64,000 nucleotides of DNA from Mytilus californianus (lineage: Eukaryota): the NCBI RefSeq assembly GCF_021869535.1, contig NW_026262723.1, forward strand, positions 115,754,001-115,818,000, given 5' to 3'. The notes beneath the pieces were generated by a model. The model ran no database searches. It saw only the letters and a list, made by a program, of their open reading frames with translations, and was not told the DNA's origin. Both the position numbers and the translations under genes were made by a program. Shown here in pieces: positions 12,766 through 25,484 of the stretch (positions are counted from its first letter, which is position 1; every line of letters starts with the position of its first letter).

Positions 12766-13754
12766 AATATGACAGACAGCAACCCATGACTACCACTCCA
12801 GGGTTCTGATTTCAGATAGGCACACATAGAATGTGCAGGGCTAAACATGTTTACACTAAACTCTCCCTAGCCTGGGATATTGGTGTAACAAGACAACAGA
12901 TAAACAGGCTGTAAAATCAGTTTAAAAGGATCGGCACGTAGAACAAAAGTCAAACTACAAAAAGAAACAAATACAAAAGACTCCAAGAACCGATGTAAGA
13001 ATATTTGCAGCTGTTGAAAGCTAGTTCAAAGCCGATTACAATTAATAAATACATCATGATTTCAAGACCAGAATATCAAGTATTATTTGAGAAAAGCATG
13101 AACTTGTGTGATGTCAAAATATAAGTATCGACAAGATGAAGGACCATAAGCATTTAAAACTGTATAGCTATATACAGTTCGTAATGTTAAACTATTGATA
13201 ATGATATTAATGTTAGTGCCAAAAAGACTATATTCAATTATCTTACTACAGTGTTAAACTGATAACCTTTAATAATAAGTTTATTCAAAGGTTCAATAAG
13301 TTAACTTGCATCGTATTTTCATTTACGGGCTCTCTACACAACATTATCATACAAATTAGGAGGATATATCTGCTTTGTAATAAAGTTTCTACGGGCACAG
13401 TCAAACTTCTAAACTAAACATAGGTAGTTTTCTTGTCCTGATTTTATTCAAAAATGTAAGTATTAAATTCACAAATATCGAATGTGGTGGCAAATATACT
13501 ACCGGTTCACCTAATAAACATGACATAACTATTATCATCGTTAAGAGTCAGAGTTGTATTCCTCTAACTGCTAAAAAAAACATTGATTGGTTGAAATTTG
13601 ATGTTGATGTAGAAAACAGTTTTCTACGCAAGGAAATGCCTGTACCAAGTTCCATTCGTTTGATGTGTTTGAGCTTTTGATTTTGCCATTTCTAGGGACT
13701 TTTCGTTTTGAATTTTCCTTGGAGTTCGTTATTTTTGTTATTTAACTTTGTATT

Positions 13755-14665
13755 GCTTATGATAACATACCACATTATAAGCATCGTCTGGAGTTTGTGA
13801 TTTATATAGTGGAGTATTACATTGTGTTCCATTATAAATACATACCACATTATAAGCCTCGTATGGCGTTTGTGATTTATATAGTGGAGTATTACATTGT
13901 GTTCCATTATAAATACATACCACATTATTAGCCTCGTATGGAGATTGTGATTTATATAGTGGAGTATAACATTGTGTTCCATTATAAATACATACCACAT
14001 TAAAAGCCTCGTATGGAGTTTGTGATTTTTTATAGTGGAGTATATCATTGTGTTCCATTATAAATACATACCACATTATTAGCCTCGTATGGAGTTTGTG
14101 ATTTATATAGTGGAGTATTACATTGTGTTCCATTACAATTACATACCACATTATTAGCATCGTATGGAGTTTGTGATTTATATAGTGGAGTATTACATTG
14201 TGTTCCATTTTAAATACATACCACATTATTAGCCACGTATGGAGTTTGTGATTTATATAGTGGAGTATTACATTGTGTTCCATTATAAATACATACCACA
14301 TTATTAGCCTCGTATGGAGTTTGTGATTTATATAATGGAGTATTACATTGTGTTCCATTATAAATACATACCACATTATTAGCCACGTATGGAGTTTGTG
14401 ATTTATATAGTGGAGTATTACATTGTGTTCCATTATAAATACATACCACATTATTAGCCTCGTACGGAGTTTGTGATTTATATAATGGAGTATTACATTG
14501 TGTTCCATTATAAATACATACCACATGATTAGCCTCGTATGGAGTTTGTGATTTTAGTATAGTGGAGTATTACATTGTGTACCATTATAATTACATACCA
14601 CATTATTAGCCTCGTACGGAGTTTGTGATTTATATAGTGGAGTATTACATTGTGTTCCATTATAA
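13755..14665 (-). repeat. 75-bp minisatellite (12 units) made of the exon 5 3' end plus its splice donor
   Basis: On the - strand the unit is TATAATGGAACACAATGTAATACTCCACTATATAAATCACAAACTCCATACGAGGCTAATAATGTG|GTATGTATT. The first unit is the real exon end; the paralog has a single unit (50981-51055). Confidence 0.95.
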
Positions 14666-15518
14666 AAATCACTATTAATGTCAAACGCCATTAGATTTAT
14701 AAAGTCCAAATATCTGCAAAAAAAACATTTGATAAAGCAATTGTTAGGTGTGACAATTTTATTTTCCTCCAGGATATACACATTTGTGATCTGTATGTTG
14801 TAAACATAGATCAACTATAAAATCCAAGATGACAGAAAAGAAACTTCTTAAGTATTTGCATTCTACGGAATTCTATTGATTAATATAATATTGTCTTAAA
14901 GTTGAAATACTAATATGGAGTAACAAAAAAAATCCTAATTGAAAAGAAAATTACATGAATCTTCACCATAAATAATTGGAGGAAAAAAATTAAAACTTTA
15001 CTCTGCTATTTTGCTGATTTCGTACGCAGTCTCTATTTCCGGCTTACTGGCTGCCACTGCTGCTGTTAACAACAGACGAGAACTACCATTTCTTAAATCT
15101 TCACTGTCATATTTTGTTCGTAATGTCTGCAAAAAGTAATTTTTCATCGATCAAACATTGATGGACAATAAATTATACTATAACAAAAATAGTATTAGCA
15201 TTAACTACTCATATTTACTTATTTGAAATAGTCTACTATCAATTTATTTTGAATAAAAAAAATATGTTCAATGAAGCTAAAAAAAATAATAAATCCTTTA
15301 CTTATAAAAATAATGAGATGTAGTATGATTGCAAATGAGACAACTATCCACCAAATTTCAAATGAAATGAATGTGAGCAATTATAGGCTACCGAACGGCC
15401 TTCAACAATGAGAAAACCCCATACCGTTCTGTAGTTCTTAATATAAACCATTATATATTTGTAAACATATTACTGAACAGAAGATGCATTTTCTTTAAGA
15501 TTTATTAATAGTTTGTAC

Positions 15519-15781
15519 CTTAACTAAAGAAGTAAATCTCTGTCTGTCCTCTGGAGGGCTCCCTCTGTTGGCAGGATATTCCCAATCTAAGTCAAGACCA
15601 TCAAAACCATTTTGTCTAAGGAATTTTATTGAATTTGTAGCAAATGCATCTAAATTTGCTTGGTTTGCCACCATACTGGTAAATGGTTTAGTACCATGAT
15701 TCCATCCCCCAACAGCTAACAGTAGTTTTAAGTCAGGATTTTTACTTCTTACATCATGCATCATAGCATACTGACCTTGTT
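15519..15781 (-). pseudogene. GH18 catalytic exon of chitinase copy 1
   Basis: [10 protein letters not shown] ... [11 protein letters not shown] (DxxDxDxE intact); acceptor tttcag|AACAAGG, donor AAG|gtacaa. Confidence 0.95.
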
Positions 15782-16276
15782 CTGAAATTGATATGTATGA
15801 AGTTATACTATTTTCAGCCAAAGTTGTTTTCTGAAAATTTTAAAACAAACTGTAACAAATAAAAAAGAAAATACTAGTTGCTCGATTGACTTTTACTTAA
15901 TCACTGGTTTTGATAAACGTGTTCTTTTAGTATATATAGTAAAACACAACATCTAAATTTGGTTGATACAGAAATGTATCTTTTAAAAGAAGTAACGGAT
16001 AATTCAAACGTTTAACCAACCAAAACATCGCTTTGTAATTTGACAAATATGCAATTCAATATGTTATAAAAATAAATAGAGACGGATTTATAAAAGTTTT
16101 CAAAACTTGTTTCCGAATCCCATATTTATTGCACTACTTTATTGTTATAATTTTTTCATAATAAATACTGTTTTAACTAAAAAAAAAAAATTGAAGTCCC
16201 TATAAGAACAAAAACAATTAACACGAAATAGTAAAACAACATTTAAATCAAATAGTACGTCTGGTACCTCTGATAT

Positions 16277-16553
16277 ATCAATACTGGTGTCATAAAACAA
16301 CCATGCTATCAAAGAATTACTACCACAACATCAATACTGGTGTCATAAAATAGACCATATTGTCAAAGAATTACTACAACAACATCAATACTGGTGCCAT
16401 AAAACAACCATGTTATCAAAGAATTACTGTTACAACATCAATACTGGTGTCATAAAACAACCATGTTACCAAAGAATTACTGCTACAACATCAATACTGG
16501 TGTCATACAACAACCATGTTATCAAAGAATTACTGCTGCAACATCAATGCTGG
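16277..16553. repeat. 53-bp minisatellite (~5 units), chitinase intron 2
   Basis: Unit CATCAATACTGGTGTCATAAAACAACCATGTTATCAAAGAATTACTGCCACAA. Confidence 0.93.
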
Positions 16554-16914
16554 TGGGGAGATGTATAATCATGTTATGGTGCCACAACGCTACAAGAAGC
16601 TATTTTCTCCTATAACAAAATTACAAAGCAGGAAATTTAAGACTGAATTCTAAAGGCCTTTTCGTTTCTTGTTTTGATGGGTTGTACCTTTGACGTATAC
16701 ACAAACTATCTTCCTTTATTCATTTCAAGTAGCAGTATATGACACACCACAGCAATAAACGTTGTTCCTGTTATGCCATTATTTTGTTGTAGAGAATAAT
16801 TTAGTACATGTAAGTATGGGTTATCACCAATAGCCAGTTAATGGGATACAAACAAAAATGTACATAGAACAAATATCGGTAACCAAAGACTTTACATTTA
16901 AACTAATGAAATTA

Positions 16915-17230
16915 CCCCATGCACGAATGAATTTTACCCTATGCACTATTGAACCTATCCTATGCACTATTGACCCTACCCCATGCACTATTGAACCTAC
17001 CCAATGCACATATGAACCTACCCTATGCACAATCGAACCTTCCCTATGCATAATTGAACTTACCCTATGCACTATTGAACCCTACCCTATGCACTATTGA
17101 CCCTACCTTATGCACAATTGAACCCTACCTCATGCACCATTGAACCTACCCAATGCACATATGAACGTACCCTATGCACAATTGAACCTTCCCTATGCAC
17201 GATTGAACCTACCTTATGCACTATTGACCC
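16915..17230. repeat. 21-bp minisatellite (~15 degenerate units) next to the exon 2 donor
   Basis: Unit CCCTATGCACTATTGAACCTA; only ~4 units in the paralog. Confidence 0.9.
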
Positions 17231-18458
17231 TTCATTTATAAACTTACTCCATGCACTATTAAGATCATTCCATTCATATGGTTTGATGTTATTGGATTCC
17301 ACATTGGCGAAGGCATAGATCACGTGCGTGCATAGAAACGGATCTACATTATTGGCCCTGTACTTTCCGATTCCATTACGTTACTGGGCCCAATTTGTAA
17401 AATAACATACTCTTTTGTAAGTTGCAGTGGCTGAAAAAGTATTTATGTGTTTAAGTACAGCAGTTTGTAGAGTAAATCTAGAAAAATAAAAACTAAAGTA
17501 CCAAAATGCTCATTTCACATATTAGCATATCTAGCCATCAGGTTTTCATCAGAACGCTGTAATCACTTGTGTCTTAATTCTAATAAAAATTGATTTATAA
17601 ACATTTGAATAAGAAAAAATATCATTTCAAAATACTGCTTCTGGTGTATCTAAGCAATTTGTTATTCTAACTTCTCTATATCTTTTTGTAGAAACAAAAC
17701 TGCATCAAAACTAGAAATTTTGATATGTGCAAATACTATTTATGATGTAGCTATAAGATTTGGCACAACTTCTTTCCTTCAATGCTCTTCAATTCAGTAT
17801 TTAATTTGGCTTTCCAACTGTATTGATACGTGCGCTCTTGATGGGTATACTGGTGAGTATTGTGTAGACGGAAAGCGCGTCTGGGGTACCAGATGAGTTT
17901 TTTTTAACAAACTGGTCGATTTCACTGCGGTGGGCATTTTAAATAAGCGTAGCGGCCGATATTGATTTCAAAATAAGTATATTTTTTATTTGCTTTATTC
18001 AAATGTATTCTTTTCTCCGAATGTGACAGACCGAATAAGACTTATCACCGGGTTTGTACTTACATGAGCAACACGACAGGTGCCATAAGTGGAGCAGGAT
18101 CTGCTTACCCTTCCAGAGCACCTGAGAGAATCCCCAATTTTTGGTGGGTTCGTGTTGCTCAGTCTTTAGTTTTCTATGTTGTATTTTGTGTACTGGTGTT
18201 TGTATATGATCTTTTTCTATGTTTGCCATGGCGTTGTCTGTTTATTTTCGACTTTTAAGTTTGAATGTCCCTTTGATATCTTTCGCCTCTCTTTTACAAT
18301 TCTATCTTTTCTTATTGTTTTACTTGCGTCCGTGTTATTGTTGAGGTAAGTAAAAATCTCATCAAAGGTATAAGTCCTATAATTTCAATGAATACGTCAG
18401 GCGCGAACTTCGTATTGTCAATGTATCAGCAACCAAACAACAAAGTACAGACATTTAC

Positions 18459-18822
18459 TGTTACACCACTGTCCCAGGTTAGGGGGAGGGTTGATCGCTC
18501 ACAAACATGTTTAACCCCGCCACATTCTTTATGTGCCTGTCCCAAGTCAGAAGCCTGTAGTTCAGTGGTTGTCGTTGGTTCATGTCTATCATATTTGTTT
18601 TTCGTTAATTGTTTTGTTATAAATTAGGCAGTTAGTTTTCTCAATTGAATTGTTTCATATTTTTCATGTCGGGGCCTTTTATAGCCGACTATACGGTATG
18701 GTTTTTTCTCGTTGTTGAAGGCCGTACGTTTGCCTAAAATTGCTTACATCCACTTTATTTGAACTTTGGTGGATATTTGTCTCATTGGCAATCATACCTC
18801 ATCTCCTTATTTTTATATTTAC
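18459..18822 (+). mobile_element. Full-length short interspersed element, family C, with 6-bp target-site duplication
   Basis: ATTTAC at 18453-18458 and 18817-18822; the paralog (~56250) has an empty site with one ATTTAC. Begins TGTTACACC, ends CATCTCCTTATTTTTAT. Confidence 0.88.
18466..18568 (+). ncRNA. Putative twister ribozyme, circularly permuted P5 type (family C head)
   Basis: P5 CAGGUU/AGCCUG plus outer CCACUG/CAGUGG; P2 CCCC/GGGG; GAGGG; U^AA at 18512-18514; P3 CACAU/AUGUG; P4 CUG/CAG; loop UCCCAAGU; T1 CCC/GGG; T2 GC/GU. Folded by eye. Confidence 0.72.
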
Positions 18823-21800
18823 CGTATAGTCCCCCCTTTAAATCAAAACTTACATGCTTCCAAACGGAAATTGTTTTTAAGGGTTGAAGGTGAATGTGAT
18901 TTTTGTGTCGAGAACTTGACTTTTATACGGAAGGGACTTTTTTCCAAACTTATCTACTGCATTTAATCCACAGTAATTAACATAATAAATCGGAAAGAGA
19001 AGATGATACGTTAAACTTTTTTTTCTTACCTTCTGATAAAAGAAGAATCAAAACAATATAGCCGAACATAATCCACTGAAAAATAACAGAATTATAATTG
19101 TGAAGTTAACAGTAGGTGAAAGACAAACAAGGAAAACATCCACAGTGGCGAGTGTCACTTATACTCGAATGTGACTTACCGAATTAGACTTATCAACGGG
19201 TTCACACCTACATGAGCAACACGACGGGTGCCACGTGTAGAGCAGGATCTGCTTACCCTTTCCGAGTACCTGAGATCACCCCTGAATTTTTGGTGGGCTT
19301 CTTATTGCTAAGTATTTAGTTTTCTATGTTGTGTTTTGTATATTGTTGTTTGTCTTTCGATTTTCATTTTTTTGCTTTGGCGTTGTCAGTTTTTCATAGA
19401 CTTATGAGTTTGAATATCCCTTTGGTATCTTTTGCCCATCTTTTACTATTATTTTTTGACTAGATTGTAACCCAACCAAGCGCGGGTATGAAGGACACTT
19501 TAAATAAATATTCAATATAAATTAATGGTAAATTTTGAAATTATTAGAACCTAAGGTTCTAACTCCATCAAACAAAGTTGACCTTAGGTAATGTGGCTAT
19601 ATCTTTTAGGTCCCTTTTGGTTATGTAGCTCTTCACGATTTTATGCATTTTGAACATACTTTGCTTTCAAATTTTTGAGTTTTAGCGTTCCCGATGAAGG
19701 TTGAAGGCCATCGTACGAAAATACCATGGAGATATTCTCTGTACAAAGTTAAGCAGGCAGCAACTCAAACATAATAGATGTCAAATTTTCAGTTATCTGT
19801 AAGAAGAATATCTTACTGTTTTGAAGATGTCAATTTAAAAAACATTTGTAAATGTACAGTTTTTATTTAAAAACGCATCATTATATGCGGTCGTTTCACA
19901 CGTTATTCTGTAAATATCGTAGTTATATGTATATTGTGATTGGTTTTCATTAATCTATTATTTAGTTAAGTTATAGTATGTACTTACGCGGGTTATTTTT
20001 ATAGGGCCCGCAGTTTATGTAGTCTGTTATTCTTGTATGTATATACTATATTTGTGTAATGAACTTTTACACAAATATTCGGCCAAAATAAAAGTGTTAT
20101 TTATCGTCTTGTTTTTCATTCGGAGCCAGATATAATAAAGTTAAAATATACAAGTTCGGCAATGTTATCCCATCTTTTGAATCAAACACAAAAATAGTGA
20201 GAAGTACATGAAGAAAATCAAACGCATATAATCTAATCGTTTTTGTCGCAAAACCATATCTCCAACTTCGGAGTAGGTAGGAATTTACCCATATTTTTGA
20301 TAGCCCAAAACACAATCTAAAATCAAAGTTAGAGGGGCTTCCAACAACAAGATTTCTACAAAAACAACCTGTAAAACGAAAGCACCATATTAAAAGATAT
20401 ATCTGGGTTAGGGAAAAAACCAATCTACCGATATCGTGTATATCTAAATTTTCCCGCCAGACTGGTCAAAAGGAAGTAATTTTACTGCCGATTTGTAATC
20501 GTATTGAAATGAAGCCTGAATTTGTTAATTGTCGGAAATATGATAATTGATAACCGAAAAAAAAAAAGACTATCATTGCAGGCTGCGCAACTGTTATACA
20601 CAACTGCATGTAAACGCAATTTATTAAAACATCTAAGAATGATTGATTTGTGACTTAAAAAATGAACGAAAAAAAAAAGGTTTGTGCTTGTAAGATGCTT
20701 ATAATGCTAGAACAATCTTCACAATATAAACTATATCTCTTGTAGTTTGAGCCATGTATTTGAATTCTTTGTAGTTCTATTATATATAGTATGTACATCG
20801 TTAACAAAAGAATCCTTCATTAAAGAGGGTCTGGATTGGAGTTCTTCAATTCTGTATTCTTAAATTTTGAAGCGATTTTTCTCTTTTCTTTATAAATTTT
20901 GCATATCATTCTCCATTCTTTGTATTTTAGCACCAATTATTCTATAATCTTTATCTTTTTTACGCTATTTTTCTCTATTCTTTATTTTTGTTGTTGATTT
21001 ATCTGTACATTTGGCCCATCATTCTCTATTCTGTAAAGCCCATCCAAACCCTCATTAAAGTTAATTGCACAGTATGGTATCGTCTGAAATCTTAGAAATG
21101 ATCTCTTATTGAATGTAATCATATAGCAATTTTGTCACAATGCGTTTCAGAAATTACGGAACTTTAGATACCTAAATTTGCTGCCGTGGCAAATCCTGAC
21201 TCATTGCTATCTATTTCCGTACCAGATAAAGTCATGAACTAGAAACCACAACTGTTTACTGTTGATCAAATTTCATAAATTCATTTAGAAAATAGAAGTC
21301 GAGGTAAAACAAACCTGCGAGAATCGCATAATCTCCAAAAGAAGCGAGACCGTGTGCATTGACAGGGTATCCTGGTATGAATGCATCACCCGCCATTGTT
21401 TATCACATTCTGTTAAAATGTCACATCCAGAATTGAGACACCATCGGTAAAATGGATAAGACGAATATTATAGTATCCAAAGATCGAAGACCTCGAAACA
21501 CATCACTAGTGAGTTTAAAGACAGTCACATCGTATCAGTCAAACAATTCGTGATGGTGATCGTAAAACTAACGTAGCGTCAATTTCAGTCGTTCTTTCGT
21601 ATAACTGTGTTGGAGCAGATTTATTACTATACTATATATAAAAATATTAATTTTCGCGAACCATTTAGGTCATGGCAATTCCAAAAATTCCCAAGAGTAA
21701 GGAGAGTTGTACAAATAATGTGAATACACAAAACCCCGATCCAATTTATCTTTTGCTAAAAGTGTTCATCATTTTCTGTTTTGTATCTACTAATAACCTT

Positions 21801-24800
21801 CCATTTTTCTATAATTCCTATTTAAGTGTGCAAAAAACTGCATTAAAAATAGATATTCCCAAAGTTAAAATTCCGCTGATTGGTTGTTACAATAAGAAAA
21901 ATACAGAAATAATACGACAGTAAAAAATAGTACACGTACATTGACTTAATTATGTCATTGTTTCAAAATCTGATACAAAACCACAACTATTCGTGTGTGA
22001 ATGATTGAACGGTTTTAAAATGTACAACAATTACTTCAATTAATTTAAAACCCTGACCTGCTTTGGTCAAAAGATGGTCCACTGCAAATCAGAAGTGTAG
22101 ACGATGAAGTGAACTCGTGAAATACATTTGTACTACAAAAGGACGAAACGGTTTCATTGGTCATTAACAACCTTTAGCTTGAAAGATCCGTCTATTTCTT
22201 TTCTGATTAGGAACACGAGATTATACACATGTTTACATTATACAAGATGTACTGCTTGTCATTATCAGTGTGGTAGTCCTTATATCAAAATTGTAAACAG
22301 AATAATTTGTTATCAATTTCAAAATCTTTTCAAGGGACTACGAGTTACACATTGAGGTCAAACAGTCATTTGAAAACACAGTTGTTGAATACCGATTCTT
22401 ACCTAACAATATTGGTGGATAATTGAAGACATTAAAACGTATTGGTGGTTTTTTCATTTAAATTGTTTCACGTTTTTGTTATGTCGCGGCCTTTTATAAC
22501 TTACTATACGGTTTTGGTTTGAACATTGCTTAAGGCCGTACGTAGACATATAGTTATATTACATTCCTGTACTTTGGTCCCTGGTGGATAGTTGTCTAAT
22601 TGACAATCGTACCACATCTCCTTATTTTCATAGCAATAAGATTTCACGGTTTATTAAAACATAATAAACAAATGATATATTCCATTTCTATCTGCAAGAA
22701 TCTCGTCCTCCATTCGTGTTTTTTGACATCACTGAATGTAACTTCTATATATGTCTTATTTACCATCCTTTATGTTGTGAAATCCTACTGAAAATAAAAG
22801 ACAGACTTGCTCATGATATTGTTAAAAAGTGCTACATACTTTTATACCTGCATTTTACAGTAAAAGCTATTTTTGTTCTTCTTTCTGGCATTTTGTATAT
22901 ATTTTTTCATGTTTAAGATTGAAAAAGGATGGATACGATATATAAAAAACAACAACAAAACACAAAACTTAACAAAACAACCAAGTTTTACCCGGTCGAA
23001 TGTTCTTTTTTTAGTCCCAAGTTATGAACCTCCTCAGTGATTATTGTTTGTTTTGTTGTATCTCAGTTCTTTTTGTCGTTTAGGGAAGATGGTGTTGGAA
23101 ACAGAAATTAGATAGTCTCTATAAAAATTACCAACTTTTCGAGACTAGGGGAATGTAGAATATGACATATTGTTTTGACACATTTCATTTGTTTCTATGG
23201 CCAGTTAACATTATAGAGATCGTTTGCCGTCATTCACTTTTAATTGTAAGTTTTGAACTAACTTTGTACCTCATTAGGACCATTGCTATTGTCTATACTT
23301 TTAAAAACTGTAGAAAATGTAATGTACTTTATCATTGCAATTTGAGAGTCATGATCATTCAACTTAGAATATATTACGATTTTATATCTGCCAACAACAC
23401 GTTAACAATAGAAATTCATTTGAAGAATTTAAATTGTGTAATTTGTGTAGTATATTAACTAAATGATAGTTTATTCATATGTAAAGAACATGTCAATAAT
23501 TCATAAGAAAGGGTAACAGTAATCACCAAAAATACTGGACAGCACAACAACACCAACCACCAACACACAAACCTCAAAGCAAACACAAACAAAAAAGGAC
23601 GCACAAACAAGAAGCAATCAATGAGCAATAAAAAAAAAGTCGACAAAACACAACATAAAAAAAACAAAGCCTGTGCAACACGAACACAGAAACAAATAAA
23701 AAGGAACGAAAACCCTACAAAAACAACTGAAATTAAAAGAGAGGCAAAGATACCAAAGGGACAATCAAACTCATAAGTCGAAAAATAACCTGATAACGCC
23801 ATAGCTTAAAAAGAAAAAGACAAAACAACGGTACACAAAACACAACATAGAAAACTAAAGACTGCGCAGAGGGGTAACTAGCTAATTTGTATTCAGTGAC
23901 TGTTGTGCTGCAATAATTTTTATTTTATGTAATTTGGTTTTGGACTTTCCAATAAAGAAATAAGTTACCAATATCGATATGTGTTCTACCTCTTTTTTTT
24001 TACATGGAAATAACATTTTAAAACATATCACTTTTTGTCTCAGATTACGGTAAAATCAAATTTCTTTTTAATGACTACGGCATGCGCAGATAAACTTTGT
24101 ATAGTACATGTAAGCACGTATACCTTTCACAGAAAAAATACGAACAACTTTAGTTGAATAAGGTAAGTTTTAATGTTAATTTACAATTATCAAAATTGTT
24201 TTGTCGTGTAGAAACTCAACATGAACACTCTTTTAGAACATTGTATTTGACATCAACCTAAACTTGCATTAAAACGAAGTTTTTGAAATGTCCAGGTCCG
24301 TTTGCGAATGAAGGTCTTTACTCTTCTTGCGAAATGCGAAAACAGTCGAAATAATCTCATGTTGTATGGTCCAAAAAGTGCGGGTCAGGAAAATTGCTGA
24401 ACGAAATTAACCGAATATCTTGTTTTCATTAAATTAGATTTATAGAATGTATATATGTTTGTGCAAACATTGTTTCAGCGGTGAACATTTGTTTTAATTT
24501 GATTATGTTCAGTTGAACGATGCTCACTCATTGGTTTATCAATCACCAACGATTCAATAGGCCACGTAAAGAATAAAACTGGTTTAACACTAAGGTTGAG
24601 ATTGCCTTAGTCGTATTTAGCACAACTTTACGGATTTTCGGTTTTTAGCACTCTTCAATTTTGTATTAAATTTAGCCTTCCAACTGTTTGCCACTGATGA
24701 GTCGTCTGTAAAAATAGAATTCAGAGTACAATTTTAACATATTAAGATTAAATTTTATTTTATTCAGATAAGAATAAAGAGTTGTGGCATGATTGCCAAT

Positions 24801-25052
24801 TTAACAATTACCCACCTGACATTGAAAAGGGTGTGGATGTAGGCAACTTTAGGTCGCTGTACGGCATTCAACAATTAGCAAAACCCATTCCGTATAAGAG
24901 GCCAAAAAAGGCACCGGCATAGCAACATTGAAAACATTCAAACGAGAAACCCAACAGCAAAATTTAAACGAAAACAATAAATGAAAAACAAATATGACAG
25001 ACAGCATCCAACGACTTGATATAATATAATTATTTTATTTATTTTTTTAAGA

Positions 25053-25203
25053 ATGAAGCTGTTTATTTTGTTGGTGTTTGTAATGGCGGTTGATGCTCTT
25101 GATTCTTGTAACACATATCAAGAACGTAAAATCATTAAACAACTTCAATATCATATCCTGGCTTTCACGAAATCTGTCGACACTTTGAAAACTGGCCTTA
25201 AAG
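25053..25203 (+). pseudogene. C-type lectin gene copy 1, exon 1 only (downstream exons missing)
   Basis: MKLFILLVFVMAVDALDSCNTYQERKIIKQLQYHILAFTKSVDTLKTGLK then G|gttagt donor; homologous to 62094-62244. Intron homology stops at the Ngaro element and I could not find exon 2 afterwards. Confidence 0.85.
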
Positions 25204-25484
25204 GTTAGTACTAACCAAGATCTTTTGCAATTTTGATTGTAAGTTATACACCACGTTTTATACAAAAGTTTTTATAGTTAAAGTAAAATCAGATATTTCA
25301 AACGTCAGCAATCTATCATTATAAATTCAATTGCACATTTTTCTTAAAAAGTTTTTAACTCTGTATTTGCAAAAACGAGTCTAGATCAAATTGTCAATTA
25401 TGCTAAGCCAAGTCAGGCTTTTTTTTTAAACAAAATTGATACTTTAAAAGCATTGCAAATTTGTAAATCCTAGAATAGTATTTT

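Larger units (their letters stand above)
7561..19069 (-). pseudogene. Secreted GH18 chitinase, copy 1, premature stop in coding exon 2
   Basis: Eight phase-compatible GT-AG exons: 19030-19069 (signal peptide MFGYIVLILLLSE), 17248-17430, 15519-15781, 15002-15126, 14599-14713, 11867-12052, 9434-9556, 7561-7737. CYFTNWAQ*R has TAA at 17381-17383 where the paralog has Tyr (TAT). Confidence 0.93.
1..25483. repeat. Segmental duplication, copy 1 (left end runs off the window)
   Basis: Position 1 aligns to 36837; colinear homology continues to TAGAATAGTATTT at ~25483 (partner ~62543). Near-identical up to ~7428, clearly more diverged afterwards. Confidence 0.97.

Noticed and set aside
15495-15821. 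Single-exon 108-aa chitinase ORF or a bacterial horizontally acquired gene
   Set aside because: Only 15519-15781 is exon; the gene has eight phase-compatible GT-AG exons and animal-type motifs.
17999-18300. ORFs and multibranch fold in family A as a gene or ribozyme
   Set aside because: ORFs differ in frame among copies; stems exist (GAGCAACACGA/TCGTGTTGCTC), but I could not place a hammerhead, HDV or twister core.
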